Under the pieces are notes generated by a model. That model searched no databases and was not told the origin of the DNA. It saw only the letters and a program-made list of their open reading frames with translations. Positions 16,406-26,379 of a DNA stretch of 39,362 nt are shown in pieces. Positions within the stretch are counted from its first letter, which is position 1. Each line of letters opens with the position of its first letter. The position numbers and the translations under genes are program-made. The DNA lies in the IMG/VR virus record IMGVR_UViG_3300050821_002969, positions 64,001 through 103,362 of that record. The stretch is one strand, 5' to 3'. This DNA is from a virus. Its lineage: Duplodnaviria > Heunggongvirae > Uroviricota > Caudoviricetes.

Positions 16406-19317
16406 TAGTGTCCTTGCAATTGTGGCAATTGGCCAGCGGCGGGCGAGTTCGCTTCCTGCTTGCCGCTTAACCCAAGTCCTAGCACTTCATTCTGTGCCGC
16501 TTCCGCTGGAAATTGCAGTAATATCTGCACATATTTTACCGCTTCAGGTAGCTTCATTGTTAGCCATTGATATCTCAGACTTCTGTAATTTTGGGCAATC
16601 GCTCCGTAGGTTGGCGGGTCGTTCACCGGATTGGTTATAGCGGTAAATGTTCCCGTAATTTGTGAACCGGGAGCGTTGGTTAGCGTTACCCCGGCATCGT
16701 TTGCTAGAACAGATACAATCGGGGCACTGCCAGCGTTGGTTAGTTCAAGATAAAGATTTTCTACCTTGGCCAGCGTTCCTGGGTCGGCTTCTTGGATGGT
16801 TCCAATTACCACGTTGGGCGCGTAGGCTGTCCCTAAATCGCTAAACGTATTCAAGTCGCGTTGCGCTAGGCTTGTTCCGGTTCCAATCAAATACTTCCAA
16901 ACTCCGGGCTGTGTTTCCATGGTTCCCGCCGCAGTCATGTTAGTAAATTTCGGCAGGGCGGGTAGGCACCACGCTTGCTGACGGCTGTTGAATGGATACA
17001 AAACCTGTTTCGCGGTATCTAGCAAGAAAATCATCGCATCTAAACCGGAGCGGTACATGGCGACATAGGCTTGCGTTGGGTCTATGGACTGCAATTGGTC
17101 TGCGATTACCCCGCCCCCAACCTCTTCAACCCCGGCAGCGGTTATGGTAACAAACTGTCTGTCGGCGGTGAATACATAAACATTCGAGCCATCCGTATCT
17201 ACTGCGTTGTAGTTCCATGTTCCAACATCTTTTATGAAGTCATTGACCGTAAATGAAGTTGTAGAGATACCGCGAACCACCTTTATGTCTTCTAGTGTGT
17301 GTACAAGCATTCCATTGGGCAGAGCGGTTAATCGTAGCGACGTGTTTGGTAGAACAAACACATACGCCGGATTCCAGTTAGATTGCTGTAGACCAGAAAT
17401 TGAGTCTGGGCCAGTAGAAAAGAAAAGCTGACTACCGACCACGCCCCACATCCTGCCAGCAAACCATTCCATGGCGATTAAGTTGGCCGGTGGCGGGGTG
17501 TTTTGCAGGGCGGTTGAAGCTTGGTTGTTAACTTGAAGTGAAGTATCTGCGGCAGTATCGGTTACATTGCCAGTCGTGTTCGGATATGGAGACGTTGGCA
17601 ATTCGTAAAATATCGTGCCGCCGCCTGCGTCTACGGTGCGATATACGCGAATTTGGTTTACTTGTGGATCGGTAGACGCGGTTAATGCTACGGTTACACC
17701 GGCCTTGTTTGTAATTGGCCCGGTATTAGCCGAGGCACCTGAAGCATTAGAGATTTCTCCGCTTACCGAGTTTCCGTAAGCAAATACATAGCTCCAACCG
17801 TTTACGGCATTTACGGAACCACCGGCACCAGACACGGTTACGGTAGGCCCACCCGAACCAAAAACGGTAATTTGCACATAGTCTACCGAAAACAAAAACG
17901 CACTAACAGAATTAATAACGTTTGCCACAATGCCCGCACCAAAGTTGGTTTGGTTAACGTCGTTCGCAACCCAGGTTGTTCCCCATAAATCAGATGGCCC
18001 CCCATAACTTACAAACCCATCGCTGGTTCCAAGTGTGGCCGTATAAGTATTGCCAACAAGCGAGCCATTTTTTAAAAGAGTGAGTGCTAGGTTGGTGGCC
18101 TTGGTTCCTGTAGTTGACCCAGTTTGAATCCAGACTTCAAAAATTGAATGTGTGGCCGCAGCACTACCGGCCCCACCGGGGGCAGTCTCGGAAGCTGTAA
18201 CAATTACCGTACTTGTGTCGGTGGTTGGGTCAAGCACGATTGTGTCTGTTTGTTTAGTTCTGGAAGATGTAATGTCATAAACCGTGCCGCTTCCTTTGTT
18301 GCTAGTCCATGTCAAGAGAACCTCGCAACCGGAACCGCTAATCAGCACCGAAGAACTGATATTCAGAATAATCGGTGCCCCACCGGGGTTTACGGGGAAC
18401 GCCGAAAAGTTCTGCGATTTACTAGAACCGCCACCGCCTTGCGTTACTACGCCAGTACATGCTGTACCAAAATTTCCATCATAGGCTAGCGTTGGATTAG
18501 AGTAGGTTCCAGTATGCGCGGTAGGGCGTAGCGTGAAGTCTTGGCCAACGAATCCCCTTACGTCTACTTGGATACCGGAAATTGTCGTTGTGGCTGGTAC
18601 CGAAAATCCAAGATTGGTTCCTTCTAAAAGTCCAGCAGATGCTACTTTTCCGCTAGCTATTCCAGCAACCAATACAGTAGAAACAGCACCATCATTGGCT
18701 TGAATGTTTGTAGGGTTAGTCCATGCGGCACCGTTTATATTGGCACCGGTACCAACCGCCGATGGTCCTACTGAATTGGCTACGTTGGCAATAGAAATTC
18801 CCCAATTCGTTACTCCTTGTGAACCCGTTGGGCCATCCCATTTAAACGCAAACCCGTTTCCGCTGACAAATAAATAATTACCCACACCAAACATGTACCC
18901 CTTGCTGCCAATGGAGCCAACCGGCTTAGTAAAGATTACCGTTGGCGATGTTGAGTTTGGTGGGATGTATTCGATGTCAACGGTTGTATCGAAGATTTGA
19001 AACGTACCAAGACTGGCCGTTTTCCAACTGTAGGTATTCAGTAGCGTGCCGTTTAAAATTCCCGATGTGCAGTAATTGATATAGCCCGGTCGGCGCTGGA
19101 GTGTTAAGCGCGGAGTAATCTCCATATCGTTGCCAGAGAGCAGGGCGTCGTAAAGTTCGATAACCCGGCGTCCCATTAGGCGAATGGGCGTGACTAATTG
19201 ATTTCTTAAAGTTACAAGCCCGGTATAGAATCTCGCGAACCACAATGGCGGTGCTTCAAAAAAATATGAAATATTAGGCAACCTCTCCGAAGCCATAAGC
19301 GCTGTGCTCGTTGGCAT
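16405..19317 (-). CDS. Large tail protein, probably nozzle/stabilisation (P22 gp10 / T7 gp12-like) with inserted beta-rich domains
   Basis: 970 aa; propeller-like LQRRPGY, WFAGRMWG, LFFS segments; Thr/Gly/Ser-rich inserts; position after the adaptor. Confidence 0.6.
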   Translation of the reverse strand: MPTSTALMASERLPNISYFFEAPPLWFARFYTGLVTLRNQLVTPIRLMGRRVIELYDALLSGNDMEITPRLTLQRRPGYINYCTSGILNGTLLNTYSWKTASLGTFQIFDTTVDIEYIPPNSTSPTVIFTKPVGSIGSKGYMFGVGNYLFVSGNGFAFKWDGPTGSQGVTNWGISIANVANSVGPSAVGTGANINGAAWTNPTNIQANDGAVSTVLVAGIASGKVASAGLLEGTNLGFSVPATTTISGIQVDVRGFVGQDFTLRPTAHTGTYSNPTLAYDGNFGTACTGVVTQGGGGSSKSQNFSAFPVNPGGAPIILNISSSVLISGSGCEVLLTWTSNKGSGTVYDITSSRTKQTDTIVLDPTTDTSTVIVTASETAPGGAGSAAATHSIFEVWIQTGSTTGTKATNLALTLLKNGSLVGNTYTATLGTSDGFVSYGGPSDLWGTTWVANDVNQTNFGAGIVANVINSVSAFLFSVDYVQITVFGSGGPTVTVSGAGGSVNAVNGWSYVFAYGNSVSGEISNASGASANTGPITNKAGVTVALTASTDPQVNQIRVYRTVDAGGGTIFYELPTSPYPNTTGNVTDTAADTSLQVNNQASTALQNTPPPANLIAMEWFAGRMWGVVGSQLFFSTGPDSISGLQQSNWNPAYVFVLPNTSLRLTALPNGMLVHTLEDIKVVRGISTTSFTVNDFIKDVGTWNYNAVDTDGSNVYVFTADRQFVTITAAGVEEVGGGVIADQLQSIDPTQAYVAMYRSGLDAMIFLLDTAKQVLYPFNSRQQAWCLPALPKFTNMTAAGTMETQPGVWKYLIGTGTSLAQRDLNTFSDLGTAYAPNVVIGTIQEADPGTLAKVENLYLELTNAGSAPIVSVLANDAGVTLTNAPGSQITGTFTAITNPVNDPPTYGAIAQNYRSLRYQWLTMKLPEAVKYVQILLQFPAEAAQNEVLGLGLSGKQEANSPAAGQLPQLQGH

Positions 19318-20275
19318 TCATGTATTTCTTAATGCAATTATGGTTGGCACATAATACTTGGTAGTCTTCGGGGTGTTTAATGGCGCGTAATATAACCGCG
19401 TAAGAACCACCAAGTGCTCTAATCTCTTTTCTGCCGCCTCCCTTAATGTGGTCAATCTGTAAAACTCGGCGGTCAATAATCCCGCATCCAGCCCATGTAC
19501 ACTGGTTCCCGAGCACGCTAAATACTTTATCTCTATGCGTTAAGCGTTTCTCTTTTTGGTATTCCCTGTCGCAAGCCAAGCAACACCATACCCAAATCTT
19601 TCCGGCTTTTGTTTTCATAAGACCAAATTCGTCTGGATATTGTTTTGGTTGATTACACAAGCGGCAAATGCGAATTTCTTTAGGCTCCGCAACCTTCAAT
19701 GCAGATGGACGGCCACCCCTGCCGATCTTGCCGCTAGTTTCATTGTTTAAATGTCGCTTAATCCAATTGTGATTAGCACAAAGCAATTGAAAGCCAATAG
19801 GGTTATCTCTAGCCTGACGATAGAGCTTGTGCATTCCGATAGTTCTGCGCTGGATACCCCCTCCACCCTCGATATGGTCTAGTTGCAGAACCCGTGGATC
19901 AGTCCAATCGCAACCCTCAGTCCAGTTGCATTTATTTCCCAATAGCGAAAACAGATCAGATTTTAGGCGATTGTAGTTTTTTCGCCCTAACTTACGATGA
20001 CACTGCTTGCACCTAGCGGGACCAAGGTTTCCAGTTGCGCTATCTTTTTGAAGCGCAAAATCTTCTGGGTAAGCCTTTTCGTTCCCGCAATTACTGCAAA
20101 CATGGACGGTTTTTGGCCCCAACGGGGCGTGGCGCGTGATCCAGGATTTCTTTACTTGCTCGCTATCTGAGGGCATATTCCAGATTTTACCGCAGATGAA
20201 CATGGCATTACATGGCGAGTTTATAGGAGTTATCAGAAGGTAAAACGGTCTTGGGCGCGTCTCTCTGCAATGCAA
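19274..20275 (-). CDS. HNH endonuclease with tandemly duplicated Zn-finger + HNH unit
   Basis: Two copies of LGNxC-W-GC..D-RVLQ[LI]DHI-GGG..Q[LV]LCANHN-IK. Confidence 0.75.
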   Translation of the reverse strand: MHCRETRPRPFYLLITPINSPCNAMFICGKIWNMPSDSEQVKKSWITRHAPLGPKTVHVCSNCGNEKAYPEDFALQKDSATGNLGPARCKQCHRKLGRKNYNRLKSDLFSLLGNKCNWTEGCDWTDPRVLQLDHIEGGGGIQRRTIGMHKLYRQARDNPIGFQLLCANHNWIKRHLNNETSGKIGRGGRPSALKVAEPKEIRICRLCNQPKQYPDEFGLMKTKAGKIWVWCCLACDREYQKEKRLTHRDKVFSVLGNQCTWAGCGIIDRRVLQIDHIKGGGRKEIRALGGSYAVILRAIKHPEDYQVLCANHNCIKKYMNANEHSAYGFGEVA

Positions 20276-20776
20276 ATCGTGTCATTGTGAGCACTGCCAT
20301 GGCAGACTAGCAATAGTTCTTCGAGAATAAAACCATGCTTCAATCCCATTCCTTGCGAATTCCAACCAAAGGTAAGCACGTATCCATCGGGCGCTAACAT
20401 GTTAACAATGGCGTTTTTGTGCTCTGTCCAGCGCCCCCATATCTGAACATCTCTTTGCGTTACAGGTAGTCCAACATTCTGGTAAACCATCGAACACTGT
20501 GCAATGGAATAGGGGGGGGTCAAATATAACTAAATCGGCCTTAACGCCCTTTTCGATTAAGGAGTGGATAAAATCTAGAGCTTCCAAGTGACTATCGGCT
20601 TGCGTTTCTGGATTAAGGTCATTGGTGTACGTCGCCCAGCGTTTATTTCTAGCAAACGGATCGACGCTGATTTTTGACTGGCATAAATATTTTTTAACAA
20701 AGGCGGCAATAACGGGAATGTCGAATGTATCCGCACTAGGCATGGCCCATTCGCGACGAATAACCAGCGGTTCCAT
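20233..20776 (-). pseudogene. DNA adenine methyltransferase split by a +1 frameshift in a C8/G8 run (possibly phase-variable)
   Basis: SVDPFA motif; G8 at 20512-20519; removing one base restores FDPPYS and fuses the two ORFs into ~180 aa. Confidence 0.8.
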
Positions 20777-21358
20777 TTATCTTGTTTCTCCTTTGGCGTT
20801 AATCCACTTCGTGCGCTTGAGGTAGAGAATCATTGACTCCAAAGTAGCAATATCATGGCGTGCTAGCCCAATGGCCGTGTTGCATGGGGTACATAGTAAA
20901 CCACGGACACATTTGCCGCAAGATTTTCTTTCTGAACAGCAATCGGTATCGTGGTCCACGCAGAGGCGGCGCACCCTGCCCGTGGTTGGTTCCTTTGCGG
21001 GACATATTGCACAATGTCCATCTTGAGAATTTAGTATTCTTGCGTAATCCTCAATCGTTAGATTGTAGTTATAGCCAAGGAGATAATCGGGGCGATATTC
21101 GGGATGGGATTCGCGCCACTTCTTGTTTAGCCTACCGCGCTGAATACGATTGGCGTTGTTCCATGCACGGTTGTAGAAGGTTACCTTGTCACGATTGTTG
21201 CGTTTCCATTTTTTGCACCGCTCTTTTTCGTAATCTGGATTCGCGGCGTGATATGCATCGTTGTACTGTTTGACGTGTTCTGCGTTTTTCAGTTTCCACG
21301 CCTTTAAGTATTCTGCCTTCTTGATCTTTTGTTCTGGTGTTAATGTTTTATTGGTCAT
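20777..21358 (-). CDS. Endonuclease VII-family HNH nuclease
   Basis: YNLTIEDY..QDGHCAIC..LCVDHD..VRGLLCTPCNTAIG. Confidence 0.8.
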   Translation of the reverse strand: MTNKTLTPEQKIKKAEYLKAWKLKNAEHVKQYNDAYHAANPDYEKERCKKWKRNNRDKVTFYNRAWNNANRIQRGRLNKKWRESHPEYRPDYLLGYNYNLTIEDYARILNSQDGHCAICPAKEPTTGRVRRLCVDHDTDCCSERKSCGKCVRGLLCTPCNTAIGLARHDIATLESMILYLKRTKWINAKGETR

Positions 21359-21390
21359 TGCTACAGTATAGCAGTAACCTACTGAAAATA

Positions 21391-22797
21391 CTACCCTCCG
21401 CGCATCAGCGGCAAGTCCGGGTGATACGATTCTGAGCGTTGCTCTTGGTCCTTGGCGTCTAGGCAACGTAAGACGTTTTGTTCGTGCTTCGCTTGCATTG
21501 TGGGAAATCTAGGGTCCTCATACCAGCTCAGGGCCGCCGCCAAAACTCCACTTCTTAAGCAGTACGCCAAATTATCCGGCCACGGAAACCAAGTATTTTG
21601 TAGCGAAGTTTTAATCGGCGCTTTCTGCTGGTAGAAGATGAATGCTTGCCAGATTTGGCTAGACGGTACAGGCCAAAAGCGAAATGTCAACGTGGTTCCG
21701 AACGCTTGCCCACTAGGGCTGCCAATGGTTTCCAAGATTCCGTTTGCGATAATGATAGGCGTGTTGGCGGCAACATAAAGAACCTGTGGATTAACGGAAA
21801 ACGCAGTGGAAGTGGTAACCAGATTTTGCGCCGCGTTTACACTTAGCTTCCATGTTGTGGCCGTGGTCGAATCGTTGAGCAAGAAGAAAGATTGGCCAAC
21901 AAGGTTGGTAAGCGTGATGGTAATTTGGCCAGCCGCGTTTACGCCAAGAAGCCAGTTGCCGCCGTTTGGGTCTTGTAAGACTATCGGCGTAACCGCAGGC
22001 GTGTTTTCGAGCAACATGCAGACCTTGAATGGCGGCTGGATAATGCTCTCGATATAGAGGCTAGAAACCACTTCTATGTCGTGTACGGGCCTCACTGTGC
22101 CCGTATTCATGTAATCCTGAAGGGTGCAGTGGGAAACCCAGTTTAAGTCGCCTATACCCTGCCCGCCATCGTTTTGTAGGCCGGTAGTCGCAACCGTAAA
22201 TTTAACTCCCAAAATGCCGCCATTGGTTCCGGTAACAAGCGCGGTTATGGGAGCGTTGGTTACGTTCATGGCGGGCTGTGCCGCGCCGGTAATGGTGACT
22301 ACTTGACCTACTTGCGGAATGCTGCTACCGGAAGTAACCGGCTGCGATCCCGGAGGGCCGTTTAGTCCAAATGTTCCATTGGGGGCGAAGTCGGAAAACA
22401 ACGCGGTAACCGTAGTGCCAGATTGCGATAGCCCTGGCCCGCTAGCCGAGATAACAGAATTCAAATGAACTACACATATCGGTACCGGAGGCTGTATTCC
22501 AGCATTTACACTCATCTGGCAGCCAGATAAAACGTAGTCTTGCTGGTATGGGATAGTGGTAAACGGGGCTATTGCTCCCTTGTTAAACTTCCAATCGTAG
22601 GGAGACGAAAGCAGCAGTTGCAAGGTATCGTTGCAGATTGATAGCGCAGGCTCGTTGGGCACACCCCCGGCACCGATGAGTGGGGCCATACGCAGATGGG
22701 TCTGACAAAACGATACCACGTCATTCAGGCTCAATGTGCTACTCAACGGCCACCCTCCGCGCCAATATTTTTCCCATGTGCGAGTAGAAAAACTCAA
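21391..22797 (-). CDS. Head-tail adaptor / tail tubular A-like protein with insertions; start likely near 22746
   Basis: N-terminal helical NDTLQLLL..YDWKFN; C-terminal FWPVPS..FYQQKAP..WPD. Confidence 0.55.
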   Translation of the reverse strand: MSFSTRTWEKYWRGGWPLSSTLSLNDVVSFCQTHLRMAPLIGAGGVPNEPALSICNDTLQLLLSSPYDWKFNKGAIAPFTTIPYQQDYVLSGCQMSVNAGIQPPVPICVVHLNSVISASGPGLSQSGTTVTALFSDFAPNGTFGLNGPPGSQPVTSGSSIPQVGQVVTITGAAQPAMNVTNAPITALVTGTNGGILGVKFTVATTGLQNDGGQGIGDLNWVSHCTLQDYMNTGTVRPVHDIEVVSSLYIESIIQPPFKVCMLLENTPAVTPIVLQDPNGGNWLLGVNAAGQITITLTNLVGQSFFLLNDSTTATTWKLSVNAAQNLVTTSTAFSVNPQVLYVAANTPIIIANGILETIGSPSGQAFGTTLTFRFWPVPSSQIWQAFIFYQQKAPIKTSLQNTWFPWPDNLAYCLRSGVLAAALSWYEDPRFPTMQAKHEQNVLRCLDAKDQEQRSESYHPDLPLMRGG

Positions 22798-23497
22798 CCG
22801 AGTGAGCCATTTTCATTCGATTGCAAATGCCGCAGCATGGAACAATGTTCCAACTAGCATATCCCTTACCACTATCTAATCTGTCAATCCCGTTATAAAC
22901 ATATGGAAGCGGCTGGTATTCACCTAGGTATCCTCGACATTTATAGACCTGCGACGGGGCGGTTCCGCAAAAATAACAATCCATCCGCGTGATTAACTTG
23001 AATTCATTTATGGAAATACTGAATTCTCTGTTTGCCCTTTTGGCGGCGCTTTTATATTGAGCAAACAAATTGTTGGCGGCTGCTTCGTTTTTGGTACTAC
23101 GAGGCTTGTGATATATGCAGCCACAGCTTTTAACCGACCTCTTAAACAGTTGGCATGGTAATACGTCTTTTGCACCGCCACATTCACACAAACACTTCCA
23201 GCGTATAGATGTGTGTTCTTGGCGAAGTGCCGTTTTCTTTATTGTGGTCGGTTCGCCTATGCCGACAACGGTTAGTTTGCCGAAGACCTTACCTATTTGC
23301 AATTCGTAATCCGTGGAACATCCACACGTTGCAGAATTGCCGGTTCTTAAATCTCGGCCACGCACCAGTGTCTCTCTGCCGCAATCACATTTACACACCC
23401 ACGCTGCGAGCGTACCCTTGCCGTTTGGCTTATTTTCCCCGCGCCGCAACACAAGCAATTTACCGAATCTTTGGTCAGTTAAATCTATTACTCTCAT
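22739..23497 (-). CDS. Free-standing HNH homing endonuclease with repeated DLTxQRFGKL/CxCxCG units
   Basis: Two WxCxCxCG units; CYFCG..NGIDRLDS..NIVPCCGICNRMK. Confidence 0.8.
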   Translation of the reverse strand: MRVIDLTDQRFGKLLVLRRGENKPNGKGTLAAWVCKCDCGRETLVRGRDLRTGNSATCGCSTDYELQIGKVFGKLTVVGIGEPTTIKKTALRQEHTSIRWKCLCECGGAKDVLPCQLFKRSVKSCGCIYHKPRSTKNEAAANNLFAQYKSAAKRANREFSISINEFKLITRMDCYFCGTAPSQVYKCRGYLGEYQPLPYVYNGIDRLDSGKGYASWNIVPCCGICNRMKMAHSVEFFYSHMGKILARRVAVE

Positions 23498-25137
23498 TAG
23501 AACCCCGAGCACTGCCAGCGAATATGATCCGAAGTTCCGCCACCGCTTTCTTGTACGGTTACGGATGAGGTTGCGTAAGTGTTAAAAGAAATAATCCCCG
23601 CCGCGTTGGTTAGGTCGGAACCGGAACAGGAGTAATCGGCGGCTGCCGTAAATGGCAGACCCGTGATTGATTGAGTGGCCGCGCTATTTAGTAACACGTC
23701 GCCGCGAATTACGTAAAACGTAGGCTTTACCGTTCCCGCACATGCTTGCGTGCCGCCGCTTGTAGAACCACAATCTTGAAATACCGCGCCAGACACCGTA
23801 ATGGAAGCGTCGGGAAGGGTGGATGTACGGTTTGCCGATGGGGCGCTAGTTAGTGTGTTTGTAAACGTGGTGGCACCGCCACCGGTAAGCGCCACAGTGT
23901 CAAACGTCTGTGCGTAGTAACGATAGATACACGGCCCTTCGGCGCTGCCAACCTGTAACGGCGGGCAGTATATTAATCTTCCAGTGAAACTACTGTTGTA
24001 TTCGTTGGTAATTCGCGTACCGAACACTAAGTCTTCCGGCTCTAGGCGAATAGCGTTCGGGGAATTATTGGTAAGGCTCCAAAAATTAGTTACCGTATGC
24101 CCAACTGCAACAAATTCCTGAAGGCCGCGCACATCCAGTGTGTCTCCGCCAAACGTCATATTTTGGGCAACGGTTCCAGTGGGAAGGTCGTTCTCCACTT
24201 CTCCGCCGCGAATAAAAACCTTTCCCGCCGCCGCGTTTATCCACTGGTCGGACGTTGCGGCGTAAGTGCAGCCCATAATGCACCCGGCGTTCTCGAAATG
24301 GATAATATCCAGTGTTAGAGTGGAATTACCGCTCATATTGAAGCCATTCACAATGTTGTCATCAATCGACATATTCGAGAACGACATTTCCGATCCTGTA
24401 GCCGTCATTGATACGCCGGTATTGTTGGAGCATATGCAGCCGCCAATAAACGTATTGTGTTCAACAAGTAAATCATTCAAAATGCCAACATTGTTGCCAG
24501 ATATTTGAGCGTTTACGCTAGTCAGGTCAAACGTGCTATGAACATATAGGCCAGTAGCAAATCCCGCCCCAAGTTTCCCGATTCTTACGTTTGAAATAAA
24601 TTGTTGGTCGGTACCGGAAGATGGCCCTAGGCTTACACCAACGGAAGTAACGCCAGAACAATTTGGGGCGTTTCCAGAGTTTGTACACGCACCATAGATT
24701 GCCAAATCCCTGATTCCCCACCCGGTAAAATGGGCAGCAGTATAGTCAAACGTAATAGCCGTACCGGACGACGGGGTGAACGTAAGACACGTCGCACCCC
24801 CTGGATCGCCCTCTATCATGGCCGGTTTAGACGAGACGTTAAATAGTATTGGCGTTAGATATGACCAGCATCCGCCAGATGGGTTTGGTGGAATTCTTAG
24901 ACGGCAACCGGTAGCGCCGCACTGTGTACTCGCATATGCGGTGTTTACTTGCGCCCCAATATCGCTACCATTAAAGAATGTCGGGTTAATTATTGCGTTG
25001 ACCGACGACATGGTTTGTGGGCCGGTCCACGCGCAGGTTTGGTCTAGCGCACAAAAAATGTGGGTAGTTTGCGAGGTTAGAACAAGCGCAGAAAACAATA
25101 CTACAATGGCGCTGCCAATCCAGAATAATTTCTTCAA
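23497..25137 (-). CDS. Tailspike-like right-handed beta-helix (pectate lyase-like) protein with hydrophobic N-terminal leader
   Basis: Gly/Asn/Ile-rich rungs (IRDLAIYG, ISGNNVGI, IDDNIVNG); MKKLFWIGSAIVVLFSALVL. Confidence 0.7.
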   Translation of the reverse strand: MKKLFWIGSAIVVLFSALVLTSQTTHIFCALDQTCAWTGPQTMSSVNAIINPTFFNGSDIGAQVNTAYASTQCGATGCRLRIPPNPSGGCWSYLTPILFNVSSKPAMIEGDPGGATCLTFTPSSGTAITFDYTAAHFTGWGIRDLAIYGACTNSGNAPNCSGVTSVGVSLGPSSGTDQQFISNVRIGKLGAGFATGLYVHSTFDLTSVNAQISGNNVGILNDLLVEHNTFIGGCICSNNTGVSMTATGSEMSFSNMSIDDNIVNGFNMSGNSTLTLDIIHFENAGCIMGCTYAATSDQWINAAAGKVFIRGGEVENDLPTGTVAQNMTFGGDTLDVRGLQEFVAVGHTVTNFWSLTNNSPNAIRLEPEDLVFGTRITNEYNSSFTGRLIYCPPLQVGSAEGPCIYRYYAQTFDTVALTGGGATTFTNTLTSAPSANRTSTLPDASITVSGAVFQDCGSTSGGTQACAGTVKPTFYVIRGDVLLNSAATQSITGLPFTAAADYSCSGSDLTNAAGIISFNTYATSSVTVQESGGGTSDHIRWQCSGF

Positions 25138-25322
25138 GCGGCTAGCTCCTTAATCTCGATTGCGCGGGCACGCATGATAGCCTTGCCAATTTCGTAGGTT
25201 TTTCGGGTAAGACGTTCTTCCCAAAAAAGATTTAACTTGCGACCGAACGCTTCGCGATGCAACCTGTTTCTTAGTTGCCGCAGGAACCAGTAGGCGTTCG
25301 TAGTCGAGCGTAAGTCCCGCAC
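25134..25322 (-). CDS. Hypothetical protein
   Basis: Overlaps tailspike start. Confidence 0.35.
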   Translation of the reverse strand: MRDLRSTTNAYWFLRQLRNRLHREAFGRKLNLFWEERLTRKTYEIGKAIMRARAIEIKELAA

Positions 25323-25354
25323 GAAACGATTCTAGGGGAGTTGATGGATGGGTT

Positions 25355-25882
25355 TCAGTCCACGTAAACTACGCTGTTTCCACGCTGGGTGGGTATCCTC
25401 AACTTTTCTTTGTATTGCGACCAGATTTCTTCGGTCAAGCATTCTTCGCGCTTTGGACTAAACAATGCAGGACAGTGTTGGCAAATTCCGCGAGTTATAC
25501 CGTCAGATTGACGCGCCCAGGCGATTGCGCTACTTTGATCTTCGCGTTGGTGACTACAGCTATTGGCGCGAAGCACCTGGCCTTCCCAGTATGCTTTCTG
25601 TGCTTGGAGTTTAGCTTCGTGCGCCCTGGCCTGTTGTTTTTCATGGAATTCGCTTACGGGCGGCTTGCGAGCTACCTCAATAGCTTGAGCCAGTTTTTCG
25701 GCAAACATTACTTGGCTTTCGTTCATTTTAGCGTTGAACGCAGCCAATAGTTGCGCAAATTCGCTTACGGGAACAGCGATTGTGCTGGTTGATTCGGTTG
25801 GTAGCTCTGCGGTGGGTTCTAGCTCTGCTGGTACTTCTACTGCTTCAAATGGATTAACCTTACTACGGGCCAAACGGTTCAC
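25355..25882 (-). CDS. Hypothetical protein with coiled coil and Cys/His C-terminal domain
   Basis: CSHQRED..GICQHCP. Confidence 0.55.
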   Translation of the reverse strand: MNRLARSKVNPFEAVEVPAELEPTAELPTESTSTIAVPVSEFAQLLAAFNAKMNESQVMFAEKLAQAIEVARKPPVSEFHEKQQARAHEAKLQAQKAYWEGQVLRANSCSHQREDQSSAIAWARQSDGITRGICQHCPALFSPKREECLTEEIWSQYKEKLRIPTQRGNSVVYVD

Positions 25883-25893
25883 GCTCCTAAGTG

Positions 25894-26379
25894 TTAAATG
25901 CTATACAAGATTCTACTGCCAACGCCAACCCCTTCGGCCAATTCAGCATCTATCTCTTTCTTGCGAGCGGCGGATACCATGGTCCACATCGTCTTGGCGG
26001 CACGGTAGGATAAATCTGTGGCAGCTTTTTTAACAACGGGGTCGATTGCCAACGATAAATCGGACATCGAAAAATAATCGCTATATTGCCGCATGGTAGC
26101 AAATTCGGGCAGTAAATCATCGGCGGCAATCTCGTGCAACGTGAACGGATGAATGATGCCAAAATATGCGTCCTTGCCCTGTATGTAGGTTGCGGTTTGG
26201 AGTTGGTTTACTGCGTTGCGAAGATCGGATGCCGTTAAAACGCCAGCAGTCTTTGGGATGAACCACTTTGGGCTACGCTTAACCCAAGAGATGAATTCGG
26301 CAAAGAACCCAACCTCTGCCATGGTTGCTGTAGCAACCCCAGCGCCAGCGGCTAATTGCAGGAAGCGTCTACGGTTCAC
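25894..26379 (-). CDS. Twin-arginine-signal protein containing rearranged major-capsid-like segments
   Basis: [18 protein letters not shown]; [17 protein letters not shown] matches this phage's capsid LSASLTRQAV..FAGIIHPF; QYSDY..AIDPVV..SYRAAKT. Confidence 0.7.
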   Translation of the reverse strand: MNRRRFLQLAAGAGVATATMAEVGFFAEFISWVKRSPKWFIPKTAGVLTASDLRNAVNQLQTATYIQGKDAYFGIIHPFTLHEIAADDLLPEFATMRQYSDYFSMSDLSLAIDPVVKKAATDLSYRAAKTMWTMVSAARKKEIDAELAEGVGVGSRILYSI

